A model generated the notes under the pieces. That model saw only the letters and a list, made by a program, of their open reading frames with translations. It made no database searches and had not been told where the DNA came from. Of a stretch of 64,000 bases of DNA, positions 1 to 9,956 are shown one piece after another. Source of the DNA: an uncultured Actinomycetes bacterium (GTDB lineage Bacteria > Actinomycetota > Acidimicrobiia > Spongiisociales > DATADW01); the NCBI GenBank assembly GCA_963824995.1, contig CAWGRK010000008.1, positions 62,001 through 126,000 on the forward strand. The letters run 5' to 3'. Numbering within the stretch: the stretch's first letter is position 1; the number at the start of each line of letters is the position of its first letter. Made by a program: the position numbers and the translations under genes.

Positions 1-49
1 GATGACCGCTCCTTTCCGCGCCCGGGAGCGTAGGCAGGTGCGGTCGCGG

Positions 50-424
50 TCACCCCTCTGTCACCACCACGGTGCCCTTCATGTTCGGGTGGAGTGTGCA
101 GACGTATGGGTAGGTGCCCGGGTCGGTGAAGGTGTAGGTGAAGGTCCCCGTCTGCATCACCTCGCTGGCGAAGCCGTCACCAACGACGTTGTGGGGGATG
201 CTGTCGTCGAATACCCAGGTGACCGTCGTTCCCGCTTCCACAGTCAGCCGATCCTGGTCGAACGCCATGCCGCTCACCAGAATGGTCGGGTCAGCCGACA
301 CCGCCCCGGGGTCGACCGGCTCAGGCGAGGCGGAGGGCACTGGTGAGCTGCAAGCGGCGAGCGCCGCAATGGAAACCGCGGCGAGGGCCACTCGAAGAAT
401 GATCTTGGGTGCGTTGTCGTTCAT
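50..424 (-). CDS. Cupredoxin/plastocyanin-like copper-binding lipoprotein
   Basis: Lipobox-like LAAC; HNV motif and C-terminal YVCTLHPNM type-1 Cu ligands. Confidence 0.85.
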   Translation of the reverse strand: MNDNAPKIILRVALAAVSIAALAACSSPVPSASPEPVDPGAVSADPTILVSGMAFDQDRLTVEAGTTVTWVFDDSIPHNVVGDGFASEVMQTGTFTYTFTDPGTYPYVCTLHPNMKGTVVVTEG

Positions 425-565
425 GTCTCAATCATCGGTCGTCAGTGGCCTCTGATCCATCGGGGATGTGCCGCCGGGCGCTGGGGAATGGCCCTGAGAG
501 CACCTCGGTGCCGACCCCGATGTGCATCCAGAGAGGTGAAAGGCTGAGAAAGCCTCAGACCACGC

Positions 566-2392
566 TCACACGCTTGCGGTGTCGATACCGAGCGACGCCT
601 CCGCCTCCTCCAGGCGCTGACCGGCGGCGGCCACCGGGGCGAACAGGTCCCCGAACCGGGCGAGCCGATCCCACACGTTGGCGACGGTGACGTCGCCGTT
701 GGCGACCTCTCCCACCTCGTCCCAGGTGATCGGGACCGACACCGGGGCGCCGGGCCGCGGCCTGACCGAGTAGACGGATGCGATCGTCTGCCCCGAGGCG
801 TTCCTGTTGTGATCGATGAAGACCTTGCCGCGCCGCTTTGGCTTGTCCCATTCCATCGTGATGTCCTCGGGGTTGGCCCCGACGAGGAGGCGCCCCACCG
901 CCTCGACAAACCGCCTGATCCGGCCGAACCCGTATTGCGGCTCGACCGGCACATAGACGTGCATCCCCCGCGCCCCAGACAGCTTCGGGTAGCCGCGCAA
1001 CCCGAGGTTCTGGAGCGCCACCCTGAGGAGTCGCACGCCGGCCACCACCTGACTCCACTCGGCGCCCTCGGCCGGGTCGAAATCGAATATGGCGTAGTCG
1101 GGGCGGTCGAGCGTCCCTGCCCGCGAGTGGAAGGGGTGGATCTCGATGCACGCCATGTTGGCGAACCACATCAGCGACTCCCGGTCGGCGGCGAGCAGGA
1201 AGCCGATCTCGCCACCCATAGAGTCCGATGGGACTGGTGCGATGGTCATCCATTCCGGCTGATGGCCGGGGGCCCTCTTCTCGTAGAAGGTCGAACCTTC
1301 GATTCCGTTGGGGTAGCGGGACATCGAAATGGGTCGCCCGGCGAGATGAGGGAGCAGCACGGGCGCGATCGAGGCGTAGTACTGGATCAGGTCGCCCTTT
1401 GTGGTGCCCTCTGGGAAGAACGGCTTGTCCGGGTTGGTGATCAGCAATGGCTTGCTAAGCCCGAGTGGACGCCAGCGCGGTCCTTCGGGGACGATCCGCA
1501 ACGGATCGGGAAAGGATGCGATAGGTGAGAGGGGGCGGCCTTGCTCTTCGGGTCGATCGGCGGAGGCCAGGGTGGCGCCAATTTCCTCCCATATGGCTTC
1601 ATGACTCGACTGCTCGCGCGCCTCCGAGATGACCACCATCGGGATCCGGGCTTCGATCGCGGCCTGGACCAGCAGGCCGACCCTCAGCGAACCGGTCCCA
1701 TACGGAATGTGCTTCACCTCGCCGTGCTGGTTGAACAGGTTGTCGGTGAACTGGGTCTGCAGGGGCGCCACCATCCACCCAGGAAAGGCCTCCTCGATGA
1801 AGTTGAGGACCGAGGCGAAGGCTTCCTTCGAGGTGAGCGCGCCGCCGGTCATTGCATGGACATGCGCCCAGTCCACGATGGGTCGGACGAACGGGTACTC
1901 GCTGGCGAGCACGGCGATGTCCCCCAGTGTCCCGAAGGAGTGGTCGTTCCCCCCGGTCTCCAGACCGAGACCGACACCGAGCTTCTCGATCTTGGGAGCC
2001 ACGTACTCCAACCGGGAACGGATCCGGTCCATCAACTCGGCAGCCGACCGCTGATGCGTGTTGCCGAAGTGGGCACAAATCACTGGAGCACCGAGAGCCC
2101 GTCCCAGTTTCATCGTGTGCTCGAGGGCGGCGAGACACTGTTTTGCCTTGTCCTCCTCCTCGACGGTGAGCACGGCGAAGTAGGGAGCATGCACCGAGAG
2201 CCTTATGTCCCGTTCCGCCGCCAATTCCCCGAAACGGGCACATCGCCGCTCCTTCCAGGGGAACCCGGTGACGAAGGGAAGCTCCAAAGCCCGGTGCCCC
2301 CGCGCCACCAGGTCGTCGAGAAACGCCTCGTCGTCGGTCCCCTCGGGCGGGACCCGGGAGATGCCGAACCGGATCAGCGCGTCGCTTGTCAC
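566..2392 (-). CDS. Fusion of an endonuclease IV-like TIM barrel (N-term) and a LigD/Prim-Pol-type polymerase domain (C-term)
   Basis: N-term SVHAPY, LETGG..FGTL, VDWAHVHA, GEVKH, ISE; C-term TNPDK..TKGDLIQYY, RYPNGI, FDFDP, KLSGARGMH, VFIDHNRN, SVYSVR, PVSVPITWDE. Confidence 0.85.
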   Translation of the reverse strand: MTSDALIRFGISRVPPEGTDDEAFLDDLVARGHRALELPFVTGFPWKERRCARFGELAAERDIRLSVHAPYFAVLTVEEEDKAKQCLAALEHTMKLGRALGAPVICAHFGNTHQRSAAELMDRIRSRLEYVAPKIEKLGVGLGLETGGNDHSFGTLGDIAVLASEYPFVRPIVDWAHVHAMTGGALTSKEAFASVLNFIEEAFPGWMVAPLQTQFTDNLFNQHGEVKHIPYGTGSLRVGLLVQAAIEARIPMVVISEAREQSSHEAIWEEIGATLASADRPEEQGRPLSPIASFPDPLRIVPEGPRWRPLGLSKPLLITNPDKPFFPEGTTKGDLIQYYASIAPVLLPHLAGRPISMSRYPNGIEGSTFYEKRAPGHQPEWMTIAPVPSDSMGGEIGFLLAADRESLMWFANMACIEIHPFHSRAGTLDRPDYAIFDFDPAEGAEWSQVVAGVRLLRVALQNLGLRGYPKLSGARGMHVYVPVEPQYGFGRIRRFVEAVGRLLVGANPEDITMEWDKPKRRGKVFIDHNRNASGQTIASVYSVRPRPGAPVSVPITWDEVGEVANGDVTVANVWDRLARFGDLFAPVAAAGQRLEEAEASLGIDTASV

Positions 2393-2452
2393 GAGCTCGT
2401 CAGGATGGCAGACGGGACCCGCTGCCGAGCAGCGGCGAAGGAAGCTTGGCTC

Positions 2453-2485
2453 AACTTTACGTTGTTAACCTACCGATGTTAAGTT
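2453..2485. promoter_or_regulatory. Putative TetR operator between divergent genes
   Basis: AT-rich inverted repeat TTAAC-N8-GTTAA (2465-2482) nested in AACTT..AAGTT, upstream of the MMPL-TetR operon. Confidence 0.5.
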
Positions 2486-2513
2486 AGCGGCGATTCAGCG
2501 AGAAGGAACGGAG

Positions 2514-4718
2514 ATGTTGGGGAGACTTGGTGACATTTTGGTACGACGGCGGTGGTGGGTCTTGGCGACCACCCTGGTATTCGTGGGCATCGCCGGATGG
2601 CTGGGCGGCGGAGTCGCCCAGGAACTGACCGGGGGCGGGTTCGAGGATCCCGATGCCGAATCGGCACAGGCCGCGGCAGCGCTGGAGCAGACTTTCGAGA
2701 CCGGTGACCCCAATGTCGTCATCCTGGTCACCGCCGACGGTGGCGACGTCGACGATCCTGCAACGGCCGAGGCGGGCATGGCACTCACCTCGACACTCAG
2801 CCAGATGGAAGGAGTCACCGACGTCGCCTCGTATTGGGCGCTCGGGGCGGCGCCTCCACTGCGAAGCGACGATGGCTCCCAGGCTCTGGTGCTCGCTCGG
2901 ATGGACGAGGACGACGAGGCGGTCGCCGACTCGGTTCGCGACCTGGTTGCCTCCTCGAGCGAGGATCCGATCACCGTCGAAATGGGCGGTGCCTCCGAGG
3001 TCTTCCGTGAGATCCAGGAGACGGTCGAGAACGACCTGATTCGGGCGGAATCGATCGCATTTCCCATCACCTTGGCCCTGCTCGTCCTGGTATTCGGGAG
3101 CCTGGTGGCGGCCTCTTTGCCTTTGGTAGTGGGCGGTATCGCCATCATCGGCACCTTTCTCGCCCTCTCGTTGATCAACCAGGTGACCGATGTATCGATC
3201 TTCGCCCTCAACCTGACCACCGCTCTCGGTCTCGGTCTCGGCATCGACTACAGCCTGTTCGTGGTGTCCCGATTCCGCGAGGAGCTGGCCCGCGGGCTGT
3301 CTACCCACGACGCCGTAGTGGCGACCGTCCGCACCGCGGGCAGGACGGTGGCCTTCAGCGCCTTGACGGTCGCCATCTCGCTCGGGGCACTCGTCGTCTT
3401 TCCCCTCGGGTTTCTCCGTTCATTCGCATACGCAGGGGTCGCCGTGGTGCTCATCGCCGGGATCACGGCGGTAGTGGTGTTGCCGGCCCTCCTCGCCGTT
3501 CTCGGTCCCAAGGTGAACAGCTTGCGGATCTTCCGGCGGCAGCGCCAAGTGGATGACGAGCACGGGTTCTGGGCGCGACTGGCCAACCTCGTCATGCGCC
3601 GGCCCATCCCCTTCGTCGCCACCGTCCTTCTCGTGCTCGTCGTGCTCGGCACGCCGTTCCTGCAGGTCGAGTTCGGGCTGTCCGACGATCGAGTGCTGGC
3701 GCCTGACAACGAGGTTCGGATGGTTCAGGACGACCTGCGGGAGGGCTTTGCCTCCGACGAGGCCGCCACGGTCACCGTGGTGGCACGGGATGCCTCGGCT
3801 GCCAGCCCCGAGGAACTGACCCAGTACGCCACGGCGCTCTCAGCTGTCACCGGTGTGGCTCGGGTCGATGCCGCTGACGGCACCTACATAGGCGGGGTCC
3901 AAGTGGCGCCGGCCAACCCACTGTCGACCCGTTACGCCAGCGGCGACGCCGTTTGGTTTGGGGTGATTCCGTCGGTGGAGCCGGTCAGTCCGGAGGGCCA
4001 ACAACTGGTCGAGGAGATCAGGGCCATCGGCGCACCTGCCGAGGTACTGGTGGGAGGGCCTTCCGCCGGGTTGGCAGACGCCAAGGAGTCCCTCTTCTCC
4101 CGGCTCCCCTGGGCGCTGGGCATCATCGGCGTGGTCACCTTCGCTCTTCTCTTCTTGATGTTCGGAAGCGTCCTGGTCCCGGTCAAGGCGTTGGTGCTCA
4201 ACGTCCTCAGCTTGAGCGCCACCTTTGGTGCCCTGGTGTGGATCTTCCAGGAGGGGAACCTCTCGGGACCGCTCAACTTCACAGCCACTGGAACGCTCGA
4301 CAGCACTCTCCCCGTTCTGCTGTTCTGCGTCGCCTTCGGGCTCTCGATGGACTACGAGGTGTTTCTCCTCTCCCGGATCAAGGAGGAGTACGACCTCACC
4401 GGGGACAACACGCGGTCGGTGTCGATGGGGCTGCAGCGAACCGGCCGGATCGTCACCGCGGCCGCCGCGGTGCTCTCCGTGGTGTTGATCGCCTTCGCCA
4501 CCTCCAGCGTCACGATCCTCAAGGTATTCGGCATCGGCATGACCCTGGCGGTCCTCCTCGACGCCACCCTGGTTCGCGGCATCCTTGTCCCTGCCTTCAT
4601 GCGGCTGGCCGGAAACGCCAACTGGTGGGCGCCGCCATGGATGCGACGGATTTACGAGCGGTTCGGCATCAGCGAGTCCGAGGCCGTTTCGCCCGACCGT
4701 GAACCGGTGAAGACTTGA
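2514..4718 (+). CDS. MMPL family (RND) transporter
   Basis: Two TM repeats with GLGIDYSLF and GLSMDYEVFL motifs; C-term NWWAP. Confidence 0.92.
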   Translation: MLGRLGDILVRRRWWVLATTLVFVGIAGWLGGGVAQELTGGGFEDPDAESAQAAAALEQTFETGDPNVVILVTADGGDVDDPATAEAGMALTSTLSQMEGVTDVASYWALGAAPPLRSDDGSQALVLARMDEDDEAVADSVRDLVASSSEDPITVEMGGASEVFREIQETVENDLIRAESIAFPITLALLVLVFGSLVAASLPLVVGGIAIIGTFLALSLINQVTDVSIFALNLTTALGLGLGIDYSLFVVSRFREELARGLSTHDAVVATVRTAGRTVAFSALTVAISLGALVVFPLGFLRSFAYAGVAVVLIAGITAVVVLPALLAVLGPKVNSLRIFRRQRQVDDEHGFWARLANLVMRRPIPFVATVLLVLVVLGTPFLQVEFGLSDDRVLAPDNEVRMVQDDLREGFASDEAATVTVVARDASAASPEELTQYATALSAVTGVARVDAADGTYIGGVQVAPANPLSTRYASGDAVWFGVIPSVEPVSPEGQQLVEEIRAIGAPAEVLVGGPSAGLADAKESLFSRLPWALGIIGVVTFALLFLMFGSVLVPVKALVLNVLSLSATFGALVWIFQEGNLSGPLNFTATGTLDSTLPVLLFCVAFGLSMDYEVFLLSRIKEEYDLTGDNTRSVSMGLQRTGRIVTAAAAVLSVVLIAFATSSVTILKVFGIGMTLAVLLDATLVRGILVPAFMRLAGNANWWAPPWMRRIYERFGISESEAVSPDREPVKT

Positions 4719-5359
4719 CCGACACGGTGACGGGCACCCCATCATCCAGGTCGGGCCGTGCCAAGCGCGGGGAAGGTGACCTCCTCCGCGAGGAGATCGT
4801 CGAGGCGGCGATCGATCTCATGGCCTCGACTGGCACCGCGGAGCGGCTCACCATCCGCAGCATCGCCGAGCAGGCGGGAGTCACCTCCCCGTCGATCTAT
4901 CTGCACTTCGCCTCGAAGAACGACGTCATATTCGCCGCATGCGAGCGGCTCTGGCAGGACTTCGGGAAAGTTCTCGCCGAGGCGCGATCGGGCCTAGACG
5001 ACCCGGTCGACCGTATGCGGGCGTGTGGTACCGCATACTTGAAGTTCGCCCTCGAGAGGCCGGCGCTGTACCGGGTGCTCTTCATGTCGGAACCGGTGGA
5101 TCAGCCTGAAGACTTCGACGTTCAAGCCCTGCTCGAGAACGTCGGCTTTCTCCAACTGTTCGACGATGTGCGAGAGTTGAACGAAGCCGACCGGCTCCGG
5201 ATAGGTGACCCGCTCGACGTCTCGCTCCTCCTGTGGAGCTCGGTCCACGGCGTGGCCTCTCTCATACTCGACCATCCCAAGATCCCCTGGCCCGAGCCCG
5301 TCCGCTCACTCGATCTCCTCTTCGAAGCTCTCGCAGGAGGTTTGGTTCGGCTGAGCTGA
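4715..5359 (+). CDS. TetR family transcriptional regulator (WHG-type C-domain)
   Basis: HTH TIRSIAEQAGVTSPSIYLHF; LWSSVHG; overlaps MMPL stop. Confidence 0.9.
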   Translation: MTDTVTGTPSSRSGRAKRGEGDLLREEIVEAAIDLMASTGTAERLTIRSIAEQAGVTSPSIYLHFASKNDVIFAACERLWQDFGKVLAEARSGLDDPVDRMRACGTAYLKFALERPALYRVLFMSEPVDQPEDFDVQALLENVGFLQLFDDVRELNEADRLRIGDPLDVSLLLWSSVHGVASLILDHPKIPWPEPVRSLDLLFEALAGGLVRLS

Positions 5360-5362
5360 ACC

Positions 5363-5478
5363 GGGCGGACGGCGGACGGCGGCTTTGTTCCGTCCCCCGC
5401 GGGGGGAAGTGGCCCGCGGCGAAGCAACGGTGAGGGGTGCGGGACTCCCGACGATGTGCTGGCTCGGGCTTTCAGCCC
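5363..5478 (+). repeat. Intergenic palindromic repeat family, copy 1 (degenerate)
   Basis: GGACGGC tandem followed by CCGTCCCCCGCGGGGGGAAG..; aligns by eye with 60319-60415 and 63178-63275. Confidence 0.65.
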
Positions 5479-6405
5479 TCACTCCATGGTCGTCGGCAAC
5501 CCGAACGCGGGGAACAGCCCGGCGCCGAATGTGGTGATCTCGGCGATCCGGCCGTTCTCCACGCGTAGTACATCGAACTTGAAGGGACGGGAGAGGGTGT
5601 CGCCGGGGCGCCGCAGGTAGCTGGCCGCCGTCGGCATCCGGTTGGCGCTCGTCGGGAGAAGACGCCAATCCCCTTCACGCTCCTCGCCAAAGGCGCGCTC
5701 GAGCAGAGGGGCGATAGTGTCGCGGCCGTCGAAGACCATCCCGTCCGGTGGCATGGCGATTCTGATGTCCTTGGCGGCGATGGCAAGAGCCGCCGCGGCA
5801 TCGCACCTCTCGTGGGCGTCGATGAACTGTGCGAGCAGGTCCATCTCTTCCGAAGAGGGGGACCCTGCCGACCACTCGCCGCGTTGCGCCGGCAGGCTCC
5901 GGTGCATGGTCGCTCTAGCCCGCTGCAGCGCGCTGTTGGCGGCGGCGACGCTCGTCTCTAGCAACTCCGCCGTTTCCGATGCCGACCATCCCAGGACATC
6001 CCGCCCGACGAAGGTGGCGCGTTGCCGCGGCGGGAGGATCTGGAGCGCGGCCAGGAACGCCAACGAGATGGTCTCCCTCTCCACGACGGCATCCTCCGGC
6101 TGCTCTGCTGATGACTCCACTTCATCGAGCAGCGCGTCCGGGTACGGCTGGAGCCAGGACACCTCCGCCAGGGAGGCGATTGGCGCCTGGCGACGCCTCC
6201 GGCGGATCGAGTCGATACAGACATTCGTGGCGATCCGATACAGCCAGGCCTGGAGTTGGCCTCTCCCATCGAAGCTGTCCCGGCTTCGCCACGCCCGGAG
6301 GAACGTCTCCTGGACGGCGTCTTCGGCTTCGTCGAATGAGGCGAGCATCCGGTAGCAGTGGACGTGGAGCCGGCGACGGAACGGCTCGATGGCCGCGGCG
6401 AACAC
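5479..6405 (-). CDS. ECF sigma-70 factor with C-terminal SnoaL-like domain (SigG-like)
   Basis: HCYRML..EAEDAVQETFLRAW, WLYRIATN, WLQPYPD, LPPRQRA, NSALQRAR; start uncertain. Confidence 0.88.
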   Translation of the reverse strand: MFAAAIEPFRRRLHVHCYRMLASFDEAEDAVQETFLRAWRSRDSFDGRGQLQAWLYRIATNVCIDSIRRRRRQAPIASLAEVSWLQPYPDALLDEVESSAEQPEDAVVERETISLAFLAALQILPPRQRATFVGRDVLGWSASETAELLETSVAAANSALQRARATMHRSLPAQRGEWSAGSPSSEEMDLLAQFIDAHERCDAAAALAIAAKDIRIAMPPDGMVFDGRDTIAPLLERAFGEEREGDWRLLPTSANRMPTAASYLRRPGDTLSRPFKFDVLRVENGRIAEITTFGAGLFPAFGLPTTME

Positions 6406-6457
6406 ATCGGACTCCCCTCGCGCGGCGAAGTCGACAACGACGGGGTTACTGCTCTCG

Positions 6458-6862
6458 CTAACGACGGACCTCCTGCAGCACCCAGCCGTTCCCGTCTGGG
6501 TCGGAGAAGTCGGCGAAGGAGGCGTACTGGCCGTGATCCGGGTCGGGACCGGACTGCCATCCTTCCTCGGTCATGTGGCGGATCTCATTGACCTCGATGC
6601 CCTTCTCGATCAAGGCAGCGCGTGCCGCCTCGATGTCCTCGACCACGAGGTGCGTGCCCCGCTGCGATCCCGGGGGCGCGTCGGTCAACCCCACGCCGAT
6701 CGTCGCCGAGCACGCCGAGCCAGGTGGCGTCATCTGCACCACCCGGAAGTCGTCGCCCACCCGGTGGTCAACGTCGATATTGAACCCTGCCTGCTCGTAG
6801 AACGCCTTGGAGCGGTCAACATCCGAGACCGGGATCAGCACCACTTCGAGCTTGTATTCCAT
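6458..6862 (-). CDS. VOC/glyoxalase family protein
   Basis: KLEVVLIPVSDVDRSKAFY; FSDPDGNGWVLQE. Confidence 0.88.
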   Translation of the reverse strand: MEYKLEVVLIPVSDVDRSKAFYEQAGFNIDVDHRVGDDFRVVQMTPPGSACSATIGVGLTDAPPGSQRGTHLVVEDIEAARAALIEKGIEVNEIRHMTEEGWQSGPDPDHGQYASFADFSDPDGNGWVLQEVRR

Positions 6863-6994
6863 CTGGCTCCTCCTCGTCAGCGATGCTTCCCTAGCGATCG
6901 CCGTGGTCGTTACCTAGTTCAACGCATCCCATCGCTCGAAGTAATCGGTGCGGCGATGATTTCGGGGAGAGGGAGAGCAAGGTCGATGCGTCGC

Positions 6995-7204
6995 TCAGGG
7001 GACGGCCACCATCACGTCGGAGGCCTTGATTACGACGATGACCGAGGACCCCGAGTCGAGCGCCAGTTCGTCGGCGGCCTCCTTGGTGATCGACGAGGTG
7101 ACGACGTCACCACCGCCGAGCCGGATCTTCACGGTTGACGTGACCGCGCCGTGTTCGATGCTCTCGACCGAACCGTTGAGTTGGTTGCGGGCACTGAGTT
7201 TCAT
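6995..7204 (-). CDS. TOBE-domain molybdate-binding protein (Mop/molbindin)
   Basis: MKLSARNQL..SSIT..IKASDV signature; RBS AAGGAG. Confidence 0.9.
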   Translation of the reverse strand: MKLSARNQLNGSVESIEHGAVTSTVKIRLGGGDVVTSSITKEAADELALDSGSSVIVVIKASDVMVAVP

Positions 7205-8367
7205 GGTTGCTCCTTCCGAGGGGGCTTACGGTAGGAGCGTTCTTTCCCCTCCTGGGTCCGCCCGGAAGAACCGGTCTCGAAGCGATCTGCGTCGGGGAGA
7301 ACTGCAATCTCGGTCGCTTTGATCGAAGCCCAGACTGGCCCGCCCTCTACCAGCCGCATCTCGTCTACTGCCTCGCTGGTCACCTCGGCGACGAGGGGAA
7401 GCGGGGTCCCGAGATGGACCCGGACCCGATCACCGAGGTCCTCGATGTCATCGACGATGGTGGCCCAGGCGTTGCGTGGGCTCCCCTCGGGGCGACTCAG
7501 GTGGAGCGCCACCGCGGAGGGGCGGATGGTGAGGATCACCGGACCTGCGATCTCGGTGTCGGCGATTTGGACGGGGTGACCTTCCACCAGGACGACGCCA
7601 CCGGCAGCCGCCCCGAGCAGCAGGTTCGACCCGGCAAGATCGGCCGCGTATGGAGTTTCCGGCCTGAGGCGGATGTCGTCGGCAATACCGACCTGGGTGA
7701 CCGTGCCGTCCTCCAAAACGTGGATCTCGTCGGCGAGAAGGAACGCCTCGGTGGGGTCGTGGGTGATGAGGAGCCGCGGACCAGCGAACTGCTCGAGGTG
7801 CTCGTCGAGCATCCGCCGCAGCTCCGCCCTGGTGGTCACATCGAGCGCCGAGAGCGGTTCGTCGAGCAGCAACAAGTCTGGCTCGATCACCAGCGCCCGC
7901 GCCAGGGCGACACGCTGTGCCTGACCACCGGAAAGCTGGCGGGGCTTTTGCTTGGCCAGATCGCCCAGTCCCATTTGGCCCATCCAGGAGACGGCGGCGG
8001 TCATGGCCGCCTCGCCACCAACGCCCCTGCTCTTCAACCCGAAGGCGACGTTCTCGAGGGCGCTGAGATGAGGAAAGAGCAGGTAGTCCTGGAAGACCAC
8101 GCCTACTTTCCGGTCTTCGGGCGGTACGAAGACTCCTTTGTCGGGGTCATCGAGTGTGCGGCCGCTCAGGGTGATCCGACCTGCGTCGATCGGGAGGAGC
8201 CCGGCCAGCGCCGCCACCGCGGTGGACTTTCCCGATCCATTCGGTCCCAAGAGGGCGACGGTCTGGCCCGCTGGGATGGAGAGCTTCAATTCGAGACGGA
8301 ACGACCCCCGGCGGACCGCGAGGTCGGCCTCTAGAGCACCTGGTTGGCTCAGAGTGTGTGCCACCAC
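7201..8367 (-). CDS. modC: Molybdate ABC transporter ATP-binding protein
   Basis: Walker A GPNGSGKS, LSGGQ, LLDEP; C-terminal TOBE (GSPRN, SIKATE); operon context. Confidence 0.85.
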   Translation of the reverse strand: MVAHTLSQPGALEADLAVRRGSFRLELKLSIPAGQTVALLGPNGSGKSTAVAALAGLLPIDAGRITLSGRTLDDPDKGVFVPPEDRKVGVVFQDYLLFPHLSALENVAFGLKSRGVGGEAAMTAAVSWMGQMGLGDLAKQKPRQLSGGQAQRVALARALVIEPDLLLLDEPLSALDVTTRAELRRMLDEHLEQFAGPRLLITHDPTEAFLLADEIHVLEDGTVTQVGIADDIRLRPETPYAADLAGSNLLLGAAAGGVVLVEGHPVQIADTEIAGPVILTIRPSAVALHLSRPEGSPRNAWATIVDDIEDLGDRVRVHLGTPLPLVAEVTSEAVDEMRLVEGGPVWASIKATEIAVLPDADRFETGSSGRTQEGKERSYRKPPRKEQP

Positions 8368-9158
8368 TGCTCGCGCAGGGCGATGAGAACGGTCAGCGAC
8401 ACCGCCACCATGATCAGGCTCAGTGCGACCGCGGCGTCACGGTCGCTCTCCAAGGCGACGAACACAGCCAGAGGCAGGGTCTGGGTCCGGCCCTGCAGGT
8501 TGCCGGCGAAGGTGATGGTTGCGCCGAACTCGCCGAGTGCGCGTGCCCATGTGAGCACCAGTCCGGCTATTAGCGATGGTGCAACCATGGGAAGGGTGAC
8601 CCTTCGCATCACCGTCCATCTGCCCGCCCCGAGTGTCGCCGCCGCTCCCTCGTACCGGACATCCATTCCCCGCAGCGCCCCCTCCAACGTCAGAACGAGA
8701 AAGGGCATGGCGACGAAGGTGGTAGCGATGATCACTCCCCAGATTGAGAAGGGGAAGATGAACCCGCTCGCTTCGTAGATGGGACCACCCACCAATCCCC
8801 GCCTTCCGAGAGCGAAGAGGAGCGCCGCCCCCCCCACCACGGGGGGCAATACGAGCGGCAGGGTGACAATCCCCCGTACCAGCGCTCGTCCCGGGAATTC
8901 GATCCGGGCGAGCAACCAGGCGAGAGGGATTCCCACCAGAACGGAGATAGCCGTTGCCGCCAGCGAGGCGACGAGCGAGAGACGCAAGGCGTCTCCCACG
9001 ATGTCGCTGACAAGCAGTTCGGGCAGTCGCGACCAGGGGATCCGGGCGACCAACGCGATCAAGGGAACGACGAACAGGGCAAGCCCGAGCCCGCCGAGGA
9101 CGACGAGCAAAGCCGGCGGCCGGCGGACCCTCGGACGCCGACCCGCCGCTCGGTTCAA
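8349..9158 (-). CDS. modB: Molybdate ABC transporter permease
   Basis: LPLVLPPVVGG, WARALGEFGATITFAGN. Confidence 0.9.
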   Translation of the reverse strand: MNRAAGRRPRVRRPPALLVVLGGLGLALFVVPLIALVARIPWSRLPELLVSDIVGDALRLSLVASLAATAISVLVGIPLAWLLARIEFPGRALVRGIVTLPLVLPPVVGGAALLFALGRRGLVGGPIYEASGFIFPFSIWGVIIATTFVAMPFLVLTLEGALRGMDVRYEGAAATLGAGRWTVMRRVTLPMVAPSLIAGLVLTWARALGEFGATITFAGNLQGRTQTLPLAVFVALESDRDAAVALSLIMVAVSLTVLIALREQWWHTL

Positions 9159-9892
9159 GGCGTGATGAACCCGAAGTCGGCGAGGATCGACTGTCCCTCG
9201 TCGGAGAGGACGAACTCGACGAACGCCGCTGCCCCGTCCGGGTTGGGGGCGCCGTTGAGGGCAACGATCGGGTACTCAGCGACCACGTTTTCCTCCCCGG
9301 GGATATCGACCCCCTCGACGGCACCCTCGGTTGACAGGACGTCGGTCACATAGACGATTCCGGCATCGACCTCCCCGGCCTCGACCTTGGTGACCAGGGC
9401 CCGCACGTCCGGCTCGTCCGTGTCGATCGATGGCGTGACACCGGCGTTGGCCAGCGCCTCTCGTCCGAACTCGCCGCACGGGACGTCCTCGGCGCACAGG
9501 CCGATCACGAGGTCCTCGTTGGCGAAGTCGGCAAGCCCGGTGACGCCGGCCGGATTGCCGTCGGGCACCGCGATCTGGAGAGAGTTGGTCACGAAAATCT
9601 CCGGCTCATCGGCGTTCTCACCGGCCTCGACCACCTGGTCCACATTCGACGTGTTGGCCGATGCAAACACATCGGCAGGTGCACCCTCGAGGATCTGCTC
9701 GCGCAGCGTCGAGCTACTCCCCAGGTTGAGCACGACGTCGGTACCCGGGTTGGCCTCCTCGAATGCCGCCTCGACTGCTCCGAAGGCATCGGTGAGGGAA
9801 GCCGCTGCAGAAACCAAAATCTCACCTTCGGCTTCTCCCGAACAGGCGGTGGCGACCAAGGCGACGAGCAGTCCGACAATGCGCCGCTTCAT
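9155..9892 (-). CDS. modA: Molybdate ABC transporter substrate-binding lipoprotein
   Basis: AAASLT, GSSSTL, ADVFASA, VPCG, DAGIVYVTD; start set at MKRRIV with RBS GGAGG. Confidence 0.9.
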   Translation of the reverse strand: MKRRIVGLLVALVATACSGEAEGEILVSAAASLTDAFGAVEAAFEEANPGTDVVLNLGSSSTLREQILEGAPADVFASANTSNVDQVVEAGENADEPEIFVTNSLQIAVPDGNPAGVTGLADFANEDLVIGLCAEDVPCGEFGREALANAGVTPSIDTDEPDVRALVTKVEAGEVDAGIVYVTDVLSTEGAVEGVDIPGEENVVAEYPIVALNGAPNPDGAAAFVEFVLSDEGQSILADFGFITP

Positions 9893-9923
9893 CCTCCATC
9901 GACCTTCATCCTCGGTGGTACTC

Positions 9924-9946
9924 ACATTGAGAGTACTCAGCAATGT
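9924..9946. promoter_or_regulatory. Palindromic operator candidate upstream of modA
   Basis: ACATTG-A-GAGTACTC-AG-CAATGT near-perfect palindrome. Confidence 0.55.
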
Positions 9947-9956
9947 CCTGTCAGGT

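Noticed and set aside
7205..7270. Moco riboswitch ahead of the TOBE gene
   Set aside because: Only a small hairpin inside the modC 3' end; consensus elements were not convincingly present
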